DNA of 64,000 nt from Patescibacteria group bacterium (GCA_030017555.1 JASEIC010000001.1:2571-66570); one strand, 5' to 3'. Counted from the stretch's first letter, positions 1 to 9,923 are shown. Numbers and translations: made by a program. Notes: generated by a model not told the origin, from the letters alone.

Positions 1-406
1 AACCAATGGAAGTCTTGAACATTAAATTGAATTTTCGAACTTTACCTTCAAAAATTTCACCACACGAAGCGCAGATAAATTTCTTTTCTTTTTCTTGTTC
101 CAATTCTTCAATTTTGAACCGCTTACGGCATTTCGTACATTCTAAAAACGAATCAGAAAACCCGCTCACGTGCCCCGAGGCTTCCCAAACTTTCGGATTC
201 ATAATAATCGCGGCCGAGAGGCCCACCACATCATCGCGGAATTGCACAACATCCCGCCACCAGGCCTGTTTTATATTAAACTTAAGCTCTACCCCCAGCG
301 GACCAAAATCATAAAAACCGCCTAAACCGCCGTAAATTTCCGAACCGGGATAAACAAAACCTCGCCGTTTGGCTAAACTAGTTATTTTTTCAAAAATATC
401 GTTCAT
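1..406 (-). CDS. glyQS: Glycyl-tRNA synthetase (class II, GlyQS type), N-terminal part only; the gene continues beyond the window start
   Basis: Minus-strand translation from ATG (rc at 404-406) gives MNDIFEKITSLAKRRGFVYPGSEIYGGLGGFYDFGPLGVELKFNIKQAWW, a typical GlyQS N-terminus. It was not in the ORF track because no stop falls inside the window. ORF 6..314(+) is antisense to it. Confidence 0.8.
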   Translation of the reverse strand, partial: MNDIFEKITSLAKRRGFVYPGSEIYGGLGGFYDFGPLGVELKFNIKQAWWRDVVQFRDDVVGLSAAIIMNPKVWEASGHVSGFSDSFLECTKCRKRFKIEELEQEKEKKFICASCGEIFEGKVRKFNLMFKTSIG

Positions 407-416
407 AAAATTTTTA

Positions 417-2351
417 TTAAGGCAAAACTACGCCGCTACCTTGACCAAGCGTCCGATCATCGGGCAGAGTTGAATCAATCGCTGTGTCGCTCCGCGAAAT
501 TTCCAAACCCGTGAAATCATCAACGGCTTTAAAAACCGACTCGGCAAGCAAGAACATTGCCTGACCAACGTTTACAACAGACGGCGTAACTCGAATTTGA
601 AAAACCGCTTCAACCGGATCATTAATGACGCCGGTCGTGGCAGAAATTTTCTTTTCAATATTCCAAATAACTTCTCCGGTTCTATTATTATAAGTTGGCT
701 TAGAATCAATATTGCTTTTCACCACGCCAGTCCATTCGACGCCCGGTTTAAGCGCGGATTTAACCGAAACATTTTTAATATCGGTTGAATAATTTTTAAT
801 CACCCAATGAACAGTAATATCCGTTGATTTGTTCGCCTGAAAAGGTATTTTTCCGCTATTTACAATACCGGATGGCGCGTCTCGATAAAATGCTTGTGCA
901 TCAAAAAACACCAGTCCAGCCACTTTTGTCTCTAAGCTAACCGAAGACTTTGTTTTTGCAGCCGAAAGATAATAAGGCACTGATGGAGAATCTATTTCAA
1001 TATTAAGCCTGACATAAAAATTCTTGTCATTCATCCGTCGAATAGGAAATTGTTGCTTTAAACTAATATTAAAACTGACCTCCCCCGAAGCTCCGGGACT
1101 TAAAAGCTTAAACGCGTCAATTTGTGAAGCATTCCAAGTTATCGAACCAGCCGCGTAATCAATGGCGCCGTTTGTATTAATAGAAGAAAAATCAAAAAGT
1201 TCCCCAACTGGCGTCGCTTTTACAATAAGATCAGCCAAGGCAATACCGCTGTTATTTTGATATTGAATATTATAAGTAAGAGAATCGCCAATTCTTGCTA
1301 TATAGTCTTGTTGACGATTTACAAGAATTTGAAGATTTATCGGCGATGGCGCGACTTCAAGATTTATAACATCTTCAGCTAATTTATAATCTTGACCGGA
1401 AAAACGAGCATAAATAATAACCGGGATGCTTAATCGAATATCACTGCCGCCTTCAAAAGTCCCCTTAACTTGAAGTTTGCCGGTCGAACCGGATTCTAAC
1501 GCGCCAAGCCGCCAATAATTATTTAGTGAATCGGGCCGAAGACTTGCCGATATGAATTTAAATGAAGTCGGATAACGGGTTTCAAGCACGACCTCCGGAA
1601 AACTAAAATCTGAAGTGTTTTTATAACTGACTTCAAATTCAAAAGTCGATCCTTGAAGCAAAAATTCCGGTTTCTTAACTTCAAGTTTTATTCCCGAACC
1701 GCGAATCAAAACCGTTTTTGCCTCATTTGCTTCGAATCGCGCCCTGCCGCCGCTAGTATAAATGAACTTGGCATTAATCTTAAGAGAAGAATTTTCTTCG
1801 CCGACCGGTAAAAACTTAAAAGTTCTTTTAGCCAAAGATCCGGCGCCGATATCGCCAATTGTTTCCTCAACTGTCGGACTGGGACCGCCCAAAGCAGTTA
1901 AATGCGCTATGCCGGGCGGCAAATTAAAACTCAAAACCGCGCCAGTAATTAACGTATCAAACCGATTTACAACATCAACTGTTACCTCAAATGGTACGCC
2001 CCGATTTACTTCCGACGGAACTATTATTGAAAGATTAATATTGCTTCCGTTATTACGATTCCCGCCAGAAAAAAGAATAATAACCGCGCTAACAACAATA
2101 AGAATCGAAAGGGCTGCGACAATTATTACTGCTTTTTTAAATATTCCTTTTTTGGCTTTTTGGGATTCTGAAATCGGCTCCTCTTCTCTAAAACTGCTTT
2201 CGTTTTTCAACTCTTCCCAAACTTGAGCTACTTCCTCTTTTTGATCTGAAGAATCGTCGCTTTTTGACGCATTTTTTTTGGAAACGCTGCGCCGTTTCAC
2301 GATATCGGAATTTTTCCGATAAAGTTCTTTTTCTAAATTATCCAATGACAT
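417..2351 (-). CDS. Large membrane-anchored surface protein with repeated beta-rich extracellular domains (hypothetical). It has a Lys/Ser-rich cytoplasmic N-terminus and a single TM.
   Basis: 644 aa ORF. TM helix AVIIVAALSILIVVSAVIILF follows a charged N-terminal tail. The remainder is rich in T/S/G/N and beta-like repeats. No catalytic motifs recognised. Confidence 0.55.
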   Translation of the reverse strand: MSLDNLEKELYRKNSDIVKRRSVSKKNASKSDDSSDQKEEVAQVWEELKNESSFREEEPISESQKAKKGIFKKAVIIVAALSILIVVSAVIILFSGGNRNNGSNINLSIIVPSEVNRGVPFEVTVDVVNRFDTLITGAVLSFNLPPGIAHLTALGGPSPTVEETIGDIGAGSLAKRTFKFLPVGEENSSLKINAKFIYTSGGRARFEANEAKTVLIRGSGIKLEVKKPEFLLQGSTFEFEVSYKNTSDFSFPEVVLETRYPTSFKFISASLRPDSLNNYWRLGALESGSTGKLQVKGTFEGGSDIRLSIPVIIYARFSGQDYKLAEDVINLEVAPSPINLQILVNRQQDYIARIGDSLTYNIQYQNNSGIALADLIVKATPVGELFDFSSINTNGAIDYAAGSITWNASQIDAFKLLSPGASGEVSFNISLKQQFPIRRMNDKNFYVRLNIEIDSPSVPYYLSAAKTKSSVSLETKVAGLVFFDAQAFYRDAPSGIVNSGKIPFQANKSTDITVHWVIKNYSTDIKNVSVKSALKPGVEWTGVVKSNIDSKPTYNNRTGEVIWNIEKKISATTGVINDPVEAVFQIRVTPSVVNVGQAMFLLAESVFKAVDDFTGLEISRSDTAIDSTLPDDRTLGQGSGVVLP

Positions 2352-2356
2352 ATTCT

Positions 2357-2941
2357 CTATCTTACTAATAATAACTCACTTAAAGGAATTTTTGTACGGC
2401 AGTTTGCGCATAAATAAGAATGATCAATTAACGAAAAATAACTTATTTCCTTATCACCGCAGTTTTCGCATTTAGCTGCTTTCGGATCATAACCAAAGAT
2501 TTTAAGAAAAAAACCAAAATCAATAAATGCCTTTTTAAAAACCCTGATAAGCGAATGCCACAAATTGAGATCTGAAACATGAAAAGGCGCGAAAATCTTG
2601 ACAATAAAAGCTAATTCCAAAGCCCGCCTTAAACTGCCCCGATTTTGTCTAAGCAATGAAAACCGGTTTTCGGTCAAAGCGTCGGTTATGGTAAATCCCT
2701 CCTTTTTTACCAATCGTACAGTCACTAAATTCAAAACATCAAGATGGGGAGAAAATTTCGAGAGCGGCTTTCGCCCCGCAATAACCTTAGCCGTAATCCG
2801 GCCGAAATCTTTTGTATAAAGTTGAACCTCTCGATCTGTTTCCCGATATGGTTTAATACCCAAAACAATAGCTTCGGTTATATAATCTTTCACAAAATAA
2901 AAAAAATAACTAATAAATAAACAAGCTCCAGTAAGTATCAA
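2357..2941 (-). CDS. recO: DNA repair protein RecO. The true start is probably an internal GTG/TTG near 2893, because the annotated 5' end overlaps the upstream gene.
   Basis: RecO-like N-terminal OB region (GIKPYRETDREVQLYTKDFGRITAKVIAGRK...). C-terminal CxxC...CxxC zinc motif (CENCGDK...CANCRTK). Confidence 0.65.
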   Translation of the reverse strand: MILTGACLFISYFFYFVKDYITEAIVLGIKPYRETDREVQLYTKDFGRITAKVIAGRKPLSKFSPHLDVLNLVTVRLVKKEGFTITDALTENRFSLLRQNRGSLRRALELAFIVKIFAPFHVSDLNLWHSLIRVFKKAFIDFGFFLKIFGYDPKAAKCENCGDKEISYFSLIDHSYLCANCRTKIPLSELLLVR

Positions 2942-3314
2942 GATTATAAATACCGCCGCCGGTAGTCATGAGCAAAAGCGCCGCGCCAGCGATTAAAAGA
3001 TCAAGCTCATAACCATGAATAAAACCTTTTTTCCGGTTGACTTTTAAAATAGCGATTAAAAAACGCGCGAAAACAAGAAAAGCGAAAACTTGAGTCAAGA
3101 ACCCGATGATTAAAGCAACGCCGCCGACAAATTCAACGAGCCCGACAATTGTCCCCCAAAACATACCCGGTTTAAATCCTGTTGTCGCAAAATTTTGGGC
3201 GTTAGTTTTTAAATCTTTTATTTTGGGCCAGCCGTAGACAACTAAAATAACGCCCAAAACAACGCGCAAAATCAAAATCGCCCAATCATTAAAAATCAAT
3301 AAAGGCTGAATCAT
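2910..3314 (-). CDS. DoxX-family small integral membrane protein
   Basis: 134 aa with four hydrophobic helices and a DoxX-like pattern (WAILILRVVLGVILVVYGWPKI...GFKPGMFWGTIVGLVEFVGGVALIIGF). Confidence 0.55.
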   Translation of the reverse strand: MIQPLLIFNDWAILILRVVLGVILVVYGWPKIKDLKTNAQNFATTGFKPGMFWGTIVGLVEFVGGVALIIGFLTQVFAFLVFARFLIAILKVNRKKGFIHGYELDLLIAGAALLLMTTGGGIYNLDTYWSLFIY

Positions 3315-3429
3315 AAAATAAATGAAACAAACGACCTTTCGTTTAAACTATTATAAACTAATTAATTAAAATAAAAAACACCGATGTTATTAAATTAATC
3401 ATCGGCATTTTTAAATATTTTTTAACTTT

Positions 3430-3615
3430 TTACTTTTTTACCAATTCTAATATCCGCTTCAATGTTTCGTTTAAATCATCTAATCCCGCCACAATATTCT
3501 TTAAATATTGGCACGTCAATCCAAAAAAAACAGCAACAACCAACGCTATCCCAGGATCAATGCTTGCAGTTATTAAACTAATTAAAATTATTAAAAAAAC
3601 AAGCCATAAAACCAT
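3430..3615 (-). CDS. Small membrane protein (hypothetical)
   Basis: 61 aa with two hydrophobic helices. Weak support. Confidence 0.3.
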   Translation of the reverse strand: MVLWLVFLIILISLITASIDPGIALVVAVFFGLTCQYLKNIVAGLDDLNETLKRILELVKK

Positions 3616-3815
3616 ATAAACCTTTCCGATTTTTATTTTATAGATTAAGCTTTTACCATTATATAAAGAATCTAAGAATATGTCAAATCAAAATAAAAAA
3701 GGCGCCGATATTCATTGTATCGGTCGCCTTGAAGCCTGTCGCGGCTTTTTGTTAACATATCAAACGGCGTAACCGTTCTCAAATATTAACCCGCCGGCTT
3801 GCAACTCATCGAAAA

Positions 3816-4232
3816 CTATTCCGCGTCTAAAAAATCAAGATCAACAAGTTTACGCTCTAACTTTTCGCCGTCTCTTCTTGTTTCGTAAACTTCACGATAA
3901 GAAATCGTAACCTGTTGTCCTTTTTTAAATCGTTCCCATAATCTTTTGGTTTTTCTCTGGTTTTTTTCAATTATAAAAATTGTGCCGTGCTTTTCGCATC
4001 TAAAAATAACTACGTATTTCTCCGCAACGGAGATACTTGTAAGTTGCAGACCTAACTTACCATCCATATCGATACTAGGACTTAAGCCACTACCATGACG
4101 CGAGGGCACATAAATAAGATCAACAATTTCTCCTTTTTCACGAAGAACTGGTGAGTATTCTTTCTCGGTCGTTACACAACCAGTAAAAACAGATAATACA
4201 AGAACTGTAAATAGAATGCCTACTATTTTCAT
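3816..4232 (-). CDS. Lipoprotein (hypothetical)
   Basis: Signal peptide with lipobox LSVFTGC. 138 aa. Confidence 0.5.
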   Translation of the reverse strand: MKIVGILFTVLVLSVFTGCVTTEKEYSPVLREKGEIVDLIYVPSRHGSGLSPSIDMDGKLGLQLTSISVAEKYVVIFRCEKHGTIFIIEKNQRKTKRLWERFKKGQQVTISYREVYETRRDGEKLERKLVDLDFLDAE

Positions 4233-4356
4233 ACATATTTCTCCTTACATGTCTTTTGAATAGAATTGAATTGTTAATTAAACTCATATAAGTATAGCAT
4301 ACTATAATGCTCATGTCAAGTTTCCAAAAAACGAGGAAAAATCTACTATATTTAAT

Positions 4357-5559
4357 ATGAAAATACTGGCGATTGAAACATCCTGTGATGAAACTGCTTT
4401 GGCTTATATTGAAGCAAGGGACGGAATTACAAAACCGCGATTTAAGATTTTAGAAAATCTTGTTTCATCGCAAATTAATATCCATCGGCCTTGGGGCGGC
4501 GTAGTGCCGAACCTTGCCAAACGCGAACACATAAAAAATCTGCCTTTAATTTTTAAAAAATTCTTTAAAAAACATAAACCGAAACCAAATCTCATGGCTG
4601 TAACCGTCGGGCCTGGACTTGAACCAGCTCTTTGGGCAGGAATTAATTTTGCTCTAACCATTCACAAAGATTATTTCTCGTCCGCCAGCCGGCGAATCCC
4701 GCTTGTCGGCGCAAACCACTTAGAAGGGCATCTTCATAGTTTTTTACTGCCAAAAACAACTGGCGAAGAAATTTTAAAGAAAAGAGGGTTAAAATTTATT
4801 TTTCCGGCGGTGGCGCTTGTGGTAAGCGGCGGGCACACGATTTTACTTTTAATGAAATCGCTCACTGATTGGAAAAAATTAGGCGAAACCCGAGACGATG
4901 CTGTTGGCGAAGCATTTGATAAAGTGGCGAAAATGCTAAATCTTCCTTATCCCGGCGGACCGGAAATCTCCCGTCTCGCTTTAACCGGCGATTCCAAAGC
5001 CATTAAATTCCCCCGCCCAATGATTAATTCGGAAAGTTATGATTTTAGTTTTTCGGGACTCAAAACATCCGTACTTTATTTTCTCAAAAACAATGAAGCT
5101 AAAATTGTTTTTGATATGGGCATGTCCAAAACGCGTTCAAAAATCAACGAACGAATAGAAAATTTACCGGGCGCCCGCGCGCGAAGCAAACAGGGCGGTA
5201 AATTTTCGTCTATGAGCGAGTTAGATTTTAACGCGCGTGGACTTGCAAATAAAAAAATAATTTTAGCTGACATAGCCGCAAGCTTTCAACAAGCCGCTAT
5301 TGATGCTTTGGTCAAAAAAACAATGCGCGCTGCCAATGAATTCAGGATAAAATCAATTCTTCTTTCTGGCGGCGTGGCTGCCAACAAACTACTCCGTGAA
5401 ACTTTGATAAAAGAAACCAAAAACAATAACTTAAACTTTTTTGTGCCGCCGATAAATTTTAACACTGACAATGCCGTCATGATCGCCGTCGCGGCGTATA
5501 TTAACTTTTTAAAAAACAAAAAATATCCGCTTCGTGCCAATGGAATTTTAAATTTATAA
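4357..5559 (+). CDS. tsaD: tRNA N6-adenosine threonylcarbamoyltransferase TsaD (Kae1/YgjD family) with a lineage-specific insertion
   Basis: MKILAIETSCDETALAYIE N-terminus, GANHLEGHL metal-binding motif, and C-terminal SGGVAANKLLRE. Confidence 0.85.
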   Translation: MKILAIETSCDETALAYIEARDGITKPRFKILENLVSSQINIHRPWGGVVPNLAKREHIKNLPLIFKKFFKKHKPKPNLMAVTVGPGLEPALWAGINFALTIHKDYFSSASRRIPLVGANHLEGHLHSFLLPKTTGEEILKKRGLKFIFPAVALVVSGGHTILLLMKSLTDWKKLGETRDDAVGEAFDKVAKMLNLPYPGGPEISRLALTGDSKAIKFPRPMINSESYDFSFSGLKTSVLYFLKNNEAKIVFDMGMSKTRSKINERIENLPGARARSKQGGKFSSMSELDFNARGLANKKIILADIAASFQQAAIDALVKKTMRAANEFRIKSILLSGGVAANKLLRETLIKETKNNNLNFFVPPINFNTDNAVMIAVAAYINFLKNKKYPLRANGILNL

Positions 5560-5562
5560 ATA

Positions 5563-5588
5563 AAAACCCTTCGAAATTTCGAAGGGTT
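5563..5588. terminator. Bidirectional intrinsic terminator (perfect palindrome aaacccttcgaaatttcgaagggttt) after tsaD
   Basis: 13+13 nt perfect palindrome flanked by A/T runs, between convergent genes. Confidence 0.6.
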
Positions 5589-5612
5589 TGATTTACATCT
5601 ATTAAATAAGGT

Positions 5613-5744
5613 TCACTGTCCGGGTTTTCTTCCGCACGTGAACGCAACGTACGGCACAATTATAAAAAGTACAAACGCCAAAGCCACAGCGATTAGGAAG
5701 AAAAACAGACTTAAAAACACGTGAAGTGGTTGAATAGTTTCCAT
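5613..5744 (-). CDS. 43-aa hydrophobic micro-protein (candidate)
   Basis: Minus-strand ORF METIQPLHVFLSLFFFLIAVALAFVLFIIVPYVAFTCGRKPGQ, preceded by a perfect SD AAGGAGGAAAC-ATG. Below the ORF-track size cutoff. Competes with track ORF 5602..5808 in another frame. Confidence 0.3.
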   Translation of the reverse strand: METIQPLHVFLSLFFFLIAVALAFVLFIIVPYVAFTCGRKPGQ

Positions 5745-5753
5745 GTTTCCTCC

Positions 5754-5945
5754 TTAAAAAATTTGCGATATAGAAAGAAAAAAACAAACCGTCGCACTGA
5801 TTATACAAATAATTGCTGGGGTTTTATAAATTTTTCCTTTCATATTTTTGATTGCCGCCAGAAAGAAAAAGAACGTAAGAATTCCAAAGCTGATTGCATA
5901 CATACTTTTTTCAAAAAGCTTTGGTATTGTCATTAAAATATCCAT
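5754..5945 (-). CDS. 63-aa two-helix small membrane protein (hypothetical)
   Basis: SD TAAGGAGTC directly upstream of the ATG at 5945. Hydrophobic. Confidence 0.35.
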   Translation of the reverse strand: MDILMTIPKLFEKSMYAISFGILTFFFFLAAIKNMKGKIYKTPAIICIISATVCFFLSISQIF

Positions 5946-6067
5946 TTGACTCCTTATTTTTTTATAGTTTTTTAATATTCTGTATTAATTATAGCATAAT
6001 GGTAATATTTGTCAATATCCTCTGTTTCCCTTTATTTTCTCACATTTTTTGACATATAATATATATA

Positions 6068-8167
6068 ATGTTTGATTCTCCCTACGACCCAAAAAAACAC
6101 GAAGAAAAAATCTACAAACTTTGGGAAAACTCGGGTTATTTTAACCCGGACAACTTAATCGGTAAAAAAACTTTTATTATTTACATGCCCTTACCCAACA
6201 TAACGGGCACGCTTCATATGGGCCACGCCCTTGATAATACTCTTCCCGATATTTTAATCCGCTATTACCGAATGAAAGGAATAAAAACCTTATGGCTTCC
6301 AGGCACAGATCATGCTGGTATTGCCACCCAATATGTCGTGGAAAAGGAACTTAAGAAAAAAGGAATTTCTCGATTTGAGCTTGGTCGAGAAAAATTTATT
6401 GAAAAAGTTTGGGAATGGAAAAAAGAATACGGCAATCTTATTTTGGAACAATTGAAAAAACTCGGTATTTCAGCTGATTGGTCGCGTGTGCGATTTACGA
6501 TGGATGAGGCCTATGCGCGGGACGTAAAACGCGCATTTATTCATTACTACAAAAAAGGCTGGCTTTATCGAGGTTTACGCACTGTAAATTGGTGTCCGCG
6601 TTGCGGCACAAGCCTTTCCGAGCTTGAGCTTGAATACAAAGACGAAGAAACAAAACTTTGGCACATAAAATATCCCGGCCGAAATGGCGATGTTACCGTA
6701 GTCACCACTCGACCCGAAACAATGTTGGGCGACACCGCAGTCGCGGTAAATCCAAGAGATGCGCGTTACAAAAAATTAATCGGCAAAACCGTTACCCTCC
6801 CGATTATGAATCGCGAAATACCAATTATTGAGGATGAAATTATTGATCAAAGTTTTGGCACGGGCGCAGTTAAAGTTACGCCCGCCCATGATATTGCTGA
6901 TTTCGAAATCAGCGAACGCCACAAACTTCCAATCATTCAAGTAATTGATGAACGCGGAAAAATGACAAAAGATGCGGGAAAATACGAAGGATTAAAAGCA
7001 ATCGAAGCGCGCACAAAAATCGTGGAAGAACTTACCAGGCTTGGACTTCTTTTAAAAACCGAAAAATATTCCCACCGAGTAACTGTTTGCTACCGTTGTA
7101 ATTCAACAATTGAACCAATTCCCTCTAAGCAATGGTTTTTGAAAATGAGTGAGCTTGCAAAGATGGCGCTTGAAGCGGTAAAAAGCGGGACCGTAAAAAT
7201 CCATCCCGAAAATTTTAAAAAGCCCTATTACGCGTGGCTCGAAAATATCCGCGACTGGACCGTATCGCGGCAGATTTGGTGGGGGCATCAACTGCCGGTG
7301 TGGTTTTGTAAAAATGACCCTGAAAAATTTGAAGTAAGCGAAGAAAAATCAAAAAAATGTTTATTCTGTAATAAATGCGAAATGGAACAATCGCCGGATA
7401 TACTGGACACCTGGTTTTCATCCGCTCTTTGGCCTTTTGCCGGATTTAGAGAAAAAGATCTTAAAAATTATTATCCCGGCGATTTAGTAATGAATGCTCG
7501 AGAAATTTTAAATCTTTGGGATGCCAGAATGATTTTTTCGGGATTAGAATTTAAAGGCGAAGTTCCTTTTAAAAACGTTTTAATTCACGGCACCATTCTT
7601 ACAAAAGACGGGAAACGCATGTCAAAAAGCTTGGGTACGGGCATTGATCCATTAAAATATATTGATCAATATGGCGCGGACGCAACTCGCTTTGCTGTTA
7701 TTTGGCAAGCAAATGGCCAGGATATTCGATGGGACGAAACAGCGGTTTTAGCCGGTCGAAAATTCACAAATAAAATTTGGAACGCGGCTCGCTTCGTAAT
7801 AGAAAAAACAAAAAATGTTAAAATAAAAAATAATGCGCCGAAAGCAAAAACTGAAGCCGACAAAAAAATTCTTGAATCTCTTTCGAATATAAAAAATAGC
7901 GTCGAAAAAGATATTGAAGACCTTGAATTCAACAAAGCCCTTCACAATTTTTACGATTTTTTTTGGCATGAATTCTGTGACGTCTATCTCGAAATATCAA
8001 AAAAACAATTTGAAAGCGAAAATAAAGAGTCGACCGTACAAATTTTAAACCGTATTTTAAGCGAATCGCTTAAACTTCTTCACCCTTTTATGCCTTTTAT
8101 CACTGAACAAATTTACCAAACACTTGAAGTAAAAAATAAAAAATTGCTCTTAATCGAACCATGGTAA
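6068..8167 (+). CDS. valS: Valyl-tRNA synthetase, short form lacking the long C-terminal coiled coil
   Basis: PNITGTLHMGHALDNTLPDILIRYYRMKG...GTDHAGIATQ (HIGH region). KMSKS motif (KRMSKSLGTGIDPL). 699 aa. Confidence 0.85.
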   Translation: MFDSPYDPKKHEEKIYKLWENSGYFNPDNLIGKKTFIIYMPLPNITGTLHMGHALDNTLPDILIRYYRMKGIKTLWLPGTDHAGIATQYVVEKELKKKGISRFELGREKFIEKVWEWKKEYGNLILEQLKKLGISADWSRVRFTMDEAYARDVKRAFIHYYKKGWLYRGLRTVNWCPRCGTSLSELELEYKDEETKLWHIKYPGRNGDVTVVTTRPETMLGDTAVAVNPRDARYKKLIGKTVTLPIMNREIPIIEDEIIDQSFGTGAVKVTPAHDIADFEISERHKLPIIQVIDERGKMTKDAGKYEGLKAIEARTKIVEELTRLGLLLKTEKYSHRVTVCYRCNSTIEPIPSKQWFLKMSELAKMALEAVKSGTVKIHPENFKKPYYAWLENIRDWTVSRQIWWGHQLPVWFCKNDPEKFEVSEEKSKKCLFCNKCEMEQSPDILDTWFSSALWPFAGFREKDLKNYYPGDLVMNAREILNLWDARMIFSGLEFKGEVPFKNVLIHGTILTKDGKRMSKSLGTGIDPLKYIDQYGADATRFAVIWQANGQDIRWDETAVLAGRKFTNKIWNAARFVIEKTKNVKIKNNAPKAKTEADKKILESLSNIKNSVEKDIEDLEFNKALHNFYDFFWHEFCDVYLEISKKQFESENKESTVQILNRILSESLKLLHPFMPFITEQIYQTLEVKNKKLLLIEPW

Positions 8168-8883
8168 TCACTACGATTCCTATCATTATTGTCGCGATAG
8201 TTGCGGCGCTTGCGCCCGCGCTCATTTGGTTTATATTACTTTCTAAAAAAGATATTCACCCGGAGCCAAAACGACTTATTATTTACACTTTTAATTTCGG
8301 CATAATGATAAGTCTTGCCGTACTCGCATTTCAAATCCTTTTCCGAAGCATTGCAGGCATACCAACCAGCAACTTAATTAGTATTATTAGCTTGGCGTTT
8401 ATCGAAGAAACATTTAAATTCTTATCGGCTTTTTGGGCAGTTCATAAAGATCCGGAATTTGATGAACCAATTGATGCCATGATTTATACAATAGTTGCCG
8501 CGCTTGGTTTTGCCACGGTTGAAAACTTTTTTATCATTCTAAATATTCCCAACATAACTGACATAATTGCCTCTTCTCCGCTTATTTTAAAAACAATTTC
8601 TCTTAGATTTGCCGGCGCGACCCTGCTTCATGTTCTGGCATCGGCAATCGTGGGTTATTATTGGGCGCGTGGTCGGAAAAAGAACAAAATCATAAAACCA
8701 ATAATGCTAGGCCTCATTATTGCCACAATTGTTCACTCTGTTTTCAACTTATTAATATACAAATTCCAATCCATAAACTTGTGGTATTCAAGCTTATTTT
8801 TAGTTATCGTGGTTTTCTTTGTATTAATAGATTTTGATAAACTCAAGAACGAAAAACCTTTTAATAATAAACCTTGCGGGTAG
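8161..8883 (+). CDS. PrsW-like intramembrane protease (putative); start overlaps the valS stop
   Basis: Polytopic membrane protein with conserved acidic and His motifs in TM segments (FIEETFKF, TVENFF, LLHVLASAIVGYYWA). Confidence 0.45.
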   Translation: MVITTIPIIIVAIVAALAPALIWFILLSKKDIHPEPKRLIIYTFNFGIMISLAVLAFQILFRSIAGIPTSNLISIISLAFIEETFKFLSAFWAVHKDPEFDEPIDAMIYTIVAALGFATVENFFIILNIPNITDIIASSPLILKTISLRFAGATLLHVLASAIVGYYWARGRKKNKIIKPIMLGLIIATIVHSVFNLLIYKFQSINLWYSSLFLVIVVFFVLIDFDKLKNEKPFNNKPCG

Positions 8884-8919
8884 CCGATTAAAATCACTTA
8901 TGTTATACTTTTAATTAAT

Positions 8920-9360
8920 ATGAAAGAAGAAAATAAAAATGATATCTTTGTAGAACTTGCTAAAGTCAAAAACAAACCGATGCCTATTAAAGTTGAAAAT
9001 GACGAAGATAATGACATTACCGAAGAAGAAGGACAGCTTACTGTTGATGTTTATCAAGATCAGGACAATATCATTGTTCAATCAACAGTCGCGGGCATAA
9101 AACCGGATGATATCGACATCAGCATTACCAATGAATCGGTAATTATTCGCGGTAAAAGAGAAAAAGAAGAAGCAATCGAAGATAAAGATTATTTTTACCA
9201 AGAGTGTTTCTGGGGCGCTTTTTCCCGTTCAATAATCTTGCCGCAGGAAATTGACCCGGACAAATCCCAAGCTTCAATGAAAAACGGCGTTCTGACCGTT
9301 AAAATGCCGAAGTTAAATCGCGCTAAAACAAAAACATTAAAAGTAAAAACTGATTTATAA
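8920..9360 (+). CDS. Hsp20 / alpha-crystallin family small heat-shock protein
   Basis: LTVDVYQDQDNIIVQSTVAGIKPDDIDISITNESVIIRGKRE...NGVLTVKMPK alpha-crystallin domain. Confidence 0.8.
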   Translation: MKEENKNDIFVELAKVKNKPMPIKVENDEDNDITEEEGQLTVDVYQDQDNIIVQSTVAGIKPDDIDISITNESVIIRGKREKEEAIEDKDYFYQECFWGAFSRSIILPQEIDPDKSQASMKNGVLTVKMPKLNRAKTKTLKVKTDL

Positions 9361-9378
9361 ATACCGGCTATAAAATTA

Positions 9379-9409
9379 CCCCGCTTATCCATGGATAAGC
9401 GGGGTTTTT
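9379..9409 (+). terminator. Intrinsic terminator after hsp20 (ccccgcttatccatggataagcggggttttt)
   Basis: 12-bp perfect stem followed by a T-run. Confidence 0.65.
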
Positions 9410-9572
9410 CTGAAAGATTGCGCGATTTCTTCAACGGTTTTTAGGCTTGACTTAATAATTGATATATAGCAATATTAAGCTTGAACTATAATTTCGTGTT
9501 CTTTAAAATAATTCACTAAATAAAAGGAGTTCTTACGAAAAATATTTTATTAGACAATGAGATTTCGAAACT

Positions 9573-9872
9573 ATGAAAAATATTTCATTCTATGCGTTAT
9601 TTATTATTGCGCTCGCTGCTTTTGGCCTTATTAATGGCTGCGACAATCAAACTACCAGAAAATTAGCAATTGAAAATTCTAACAGCATTGAACCGCAAAA
9701 CTTCGGCAACGGGGTTTATTATTTCAATTGTTACGCGGAAACTTTCGGTGCAAGCATTTCAAAATTTATCGAACGAGAACATAAATATTTGAAAATTATT
9801 GCTGTTGCTCCGAACGGTTTAAGCGAAGAGGGCACAACTCTTGGTTACTGGGTGATTTGCGAAGAAAAATAA
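9573..9872 (+). CDS. Small secreted protein or lipoprotein (hypothetical)
   Basis: Signal peptide ending ...LINGC. 99 aa. Confidence 0.4.
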   Translation: MKNISFYALFIIALAAFGLINGCDNQTTRKLAIENSNSIEPQNFGNGVYYFNCYAETFGASISKFIEREHKYLKIIAVAPNGLSEEGTTLGYWVICEEK

Positions 9873-9923
9873 AGTTTATTAAATCCCGCCTACCTATAGA
9901 TAGGCGGGAATATTTTTATAAAA

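Noticed and set aside
6-314. Track ORF 6..314(+), 102 aa
   Set aside because: Antisense to the clearly recognisable glyQS N-terminus encoded on the minus strand. No SD or motifs.
1762-2226. Numerous antisense or embedded ORFs inside large genes. Examples: 1762..2226, 4404..4661, 7103..7421, 7666..7969, 11452..12162, 14834..15244, 15487..16157, 24463..24714, 29816..30125, 31269..31761, 46369..47271, 49763..50277, 54655..55140, 57322..58603, 61555..62749.
   Set aside because: Each is fully contained in, and out of frame with or antisense to, a gene with strong homology-like motifs. No independent signals.
9448-9480. Putative promoter TTGACT...tatata upstream of ORF 9573
   Set aside because: Spacing to any -10-like hexamer is non-canonical (10 or 23 nt), so it is too weak to call.
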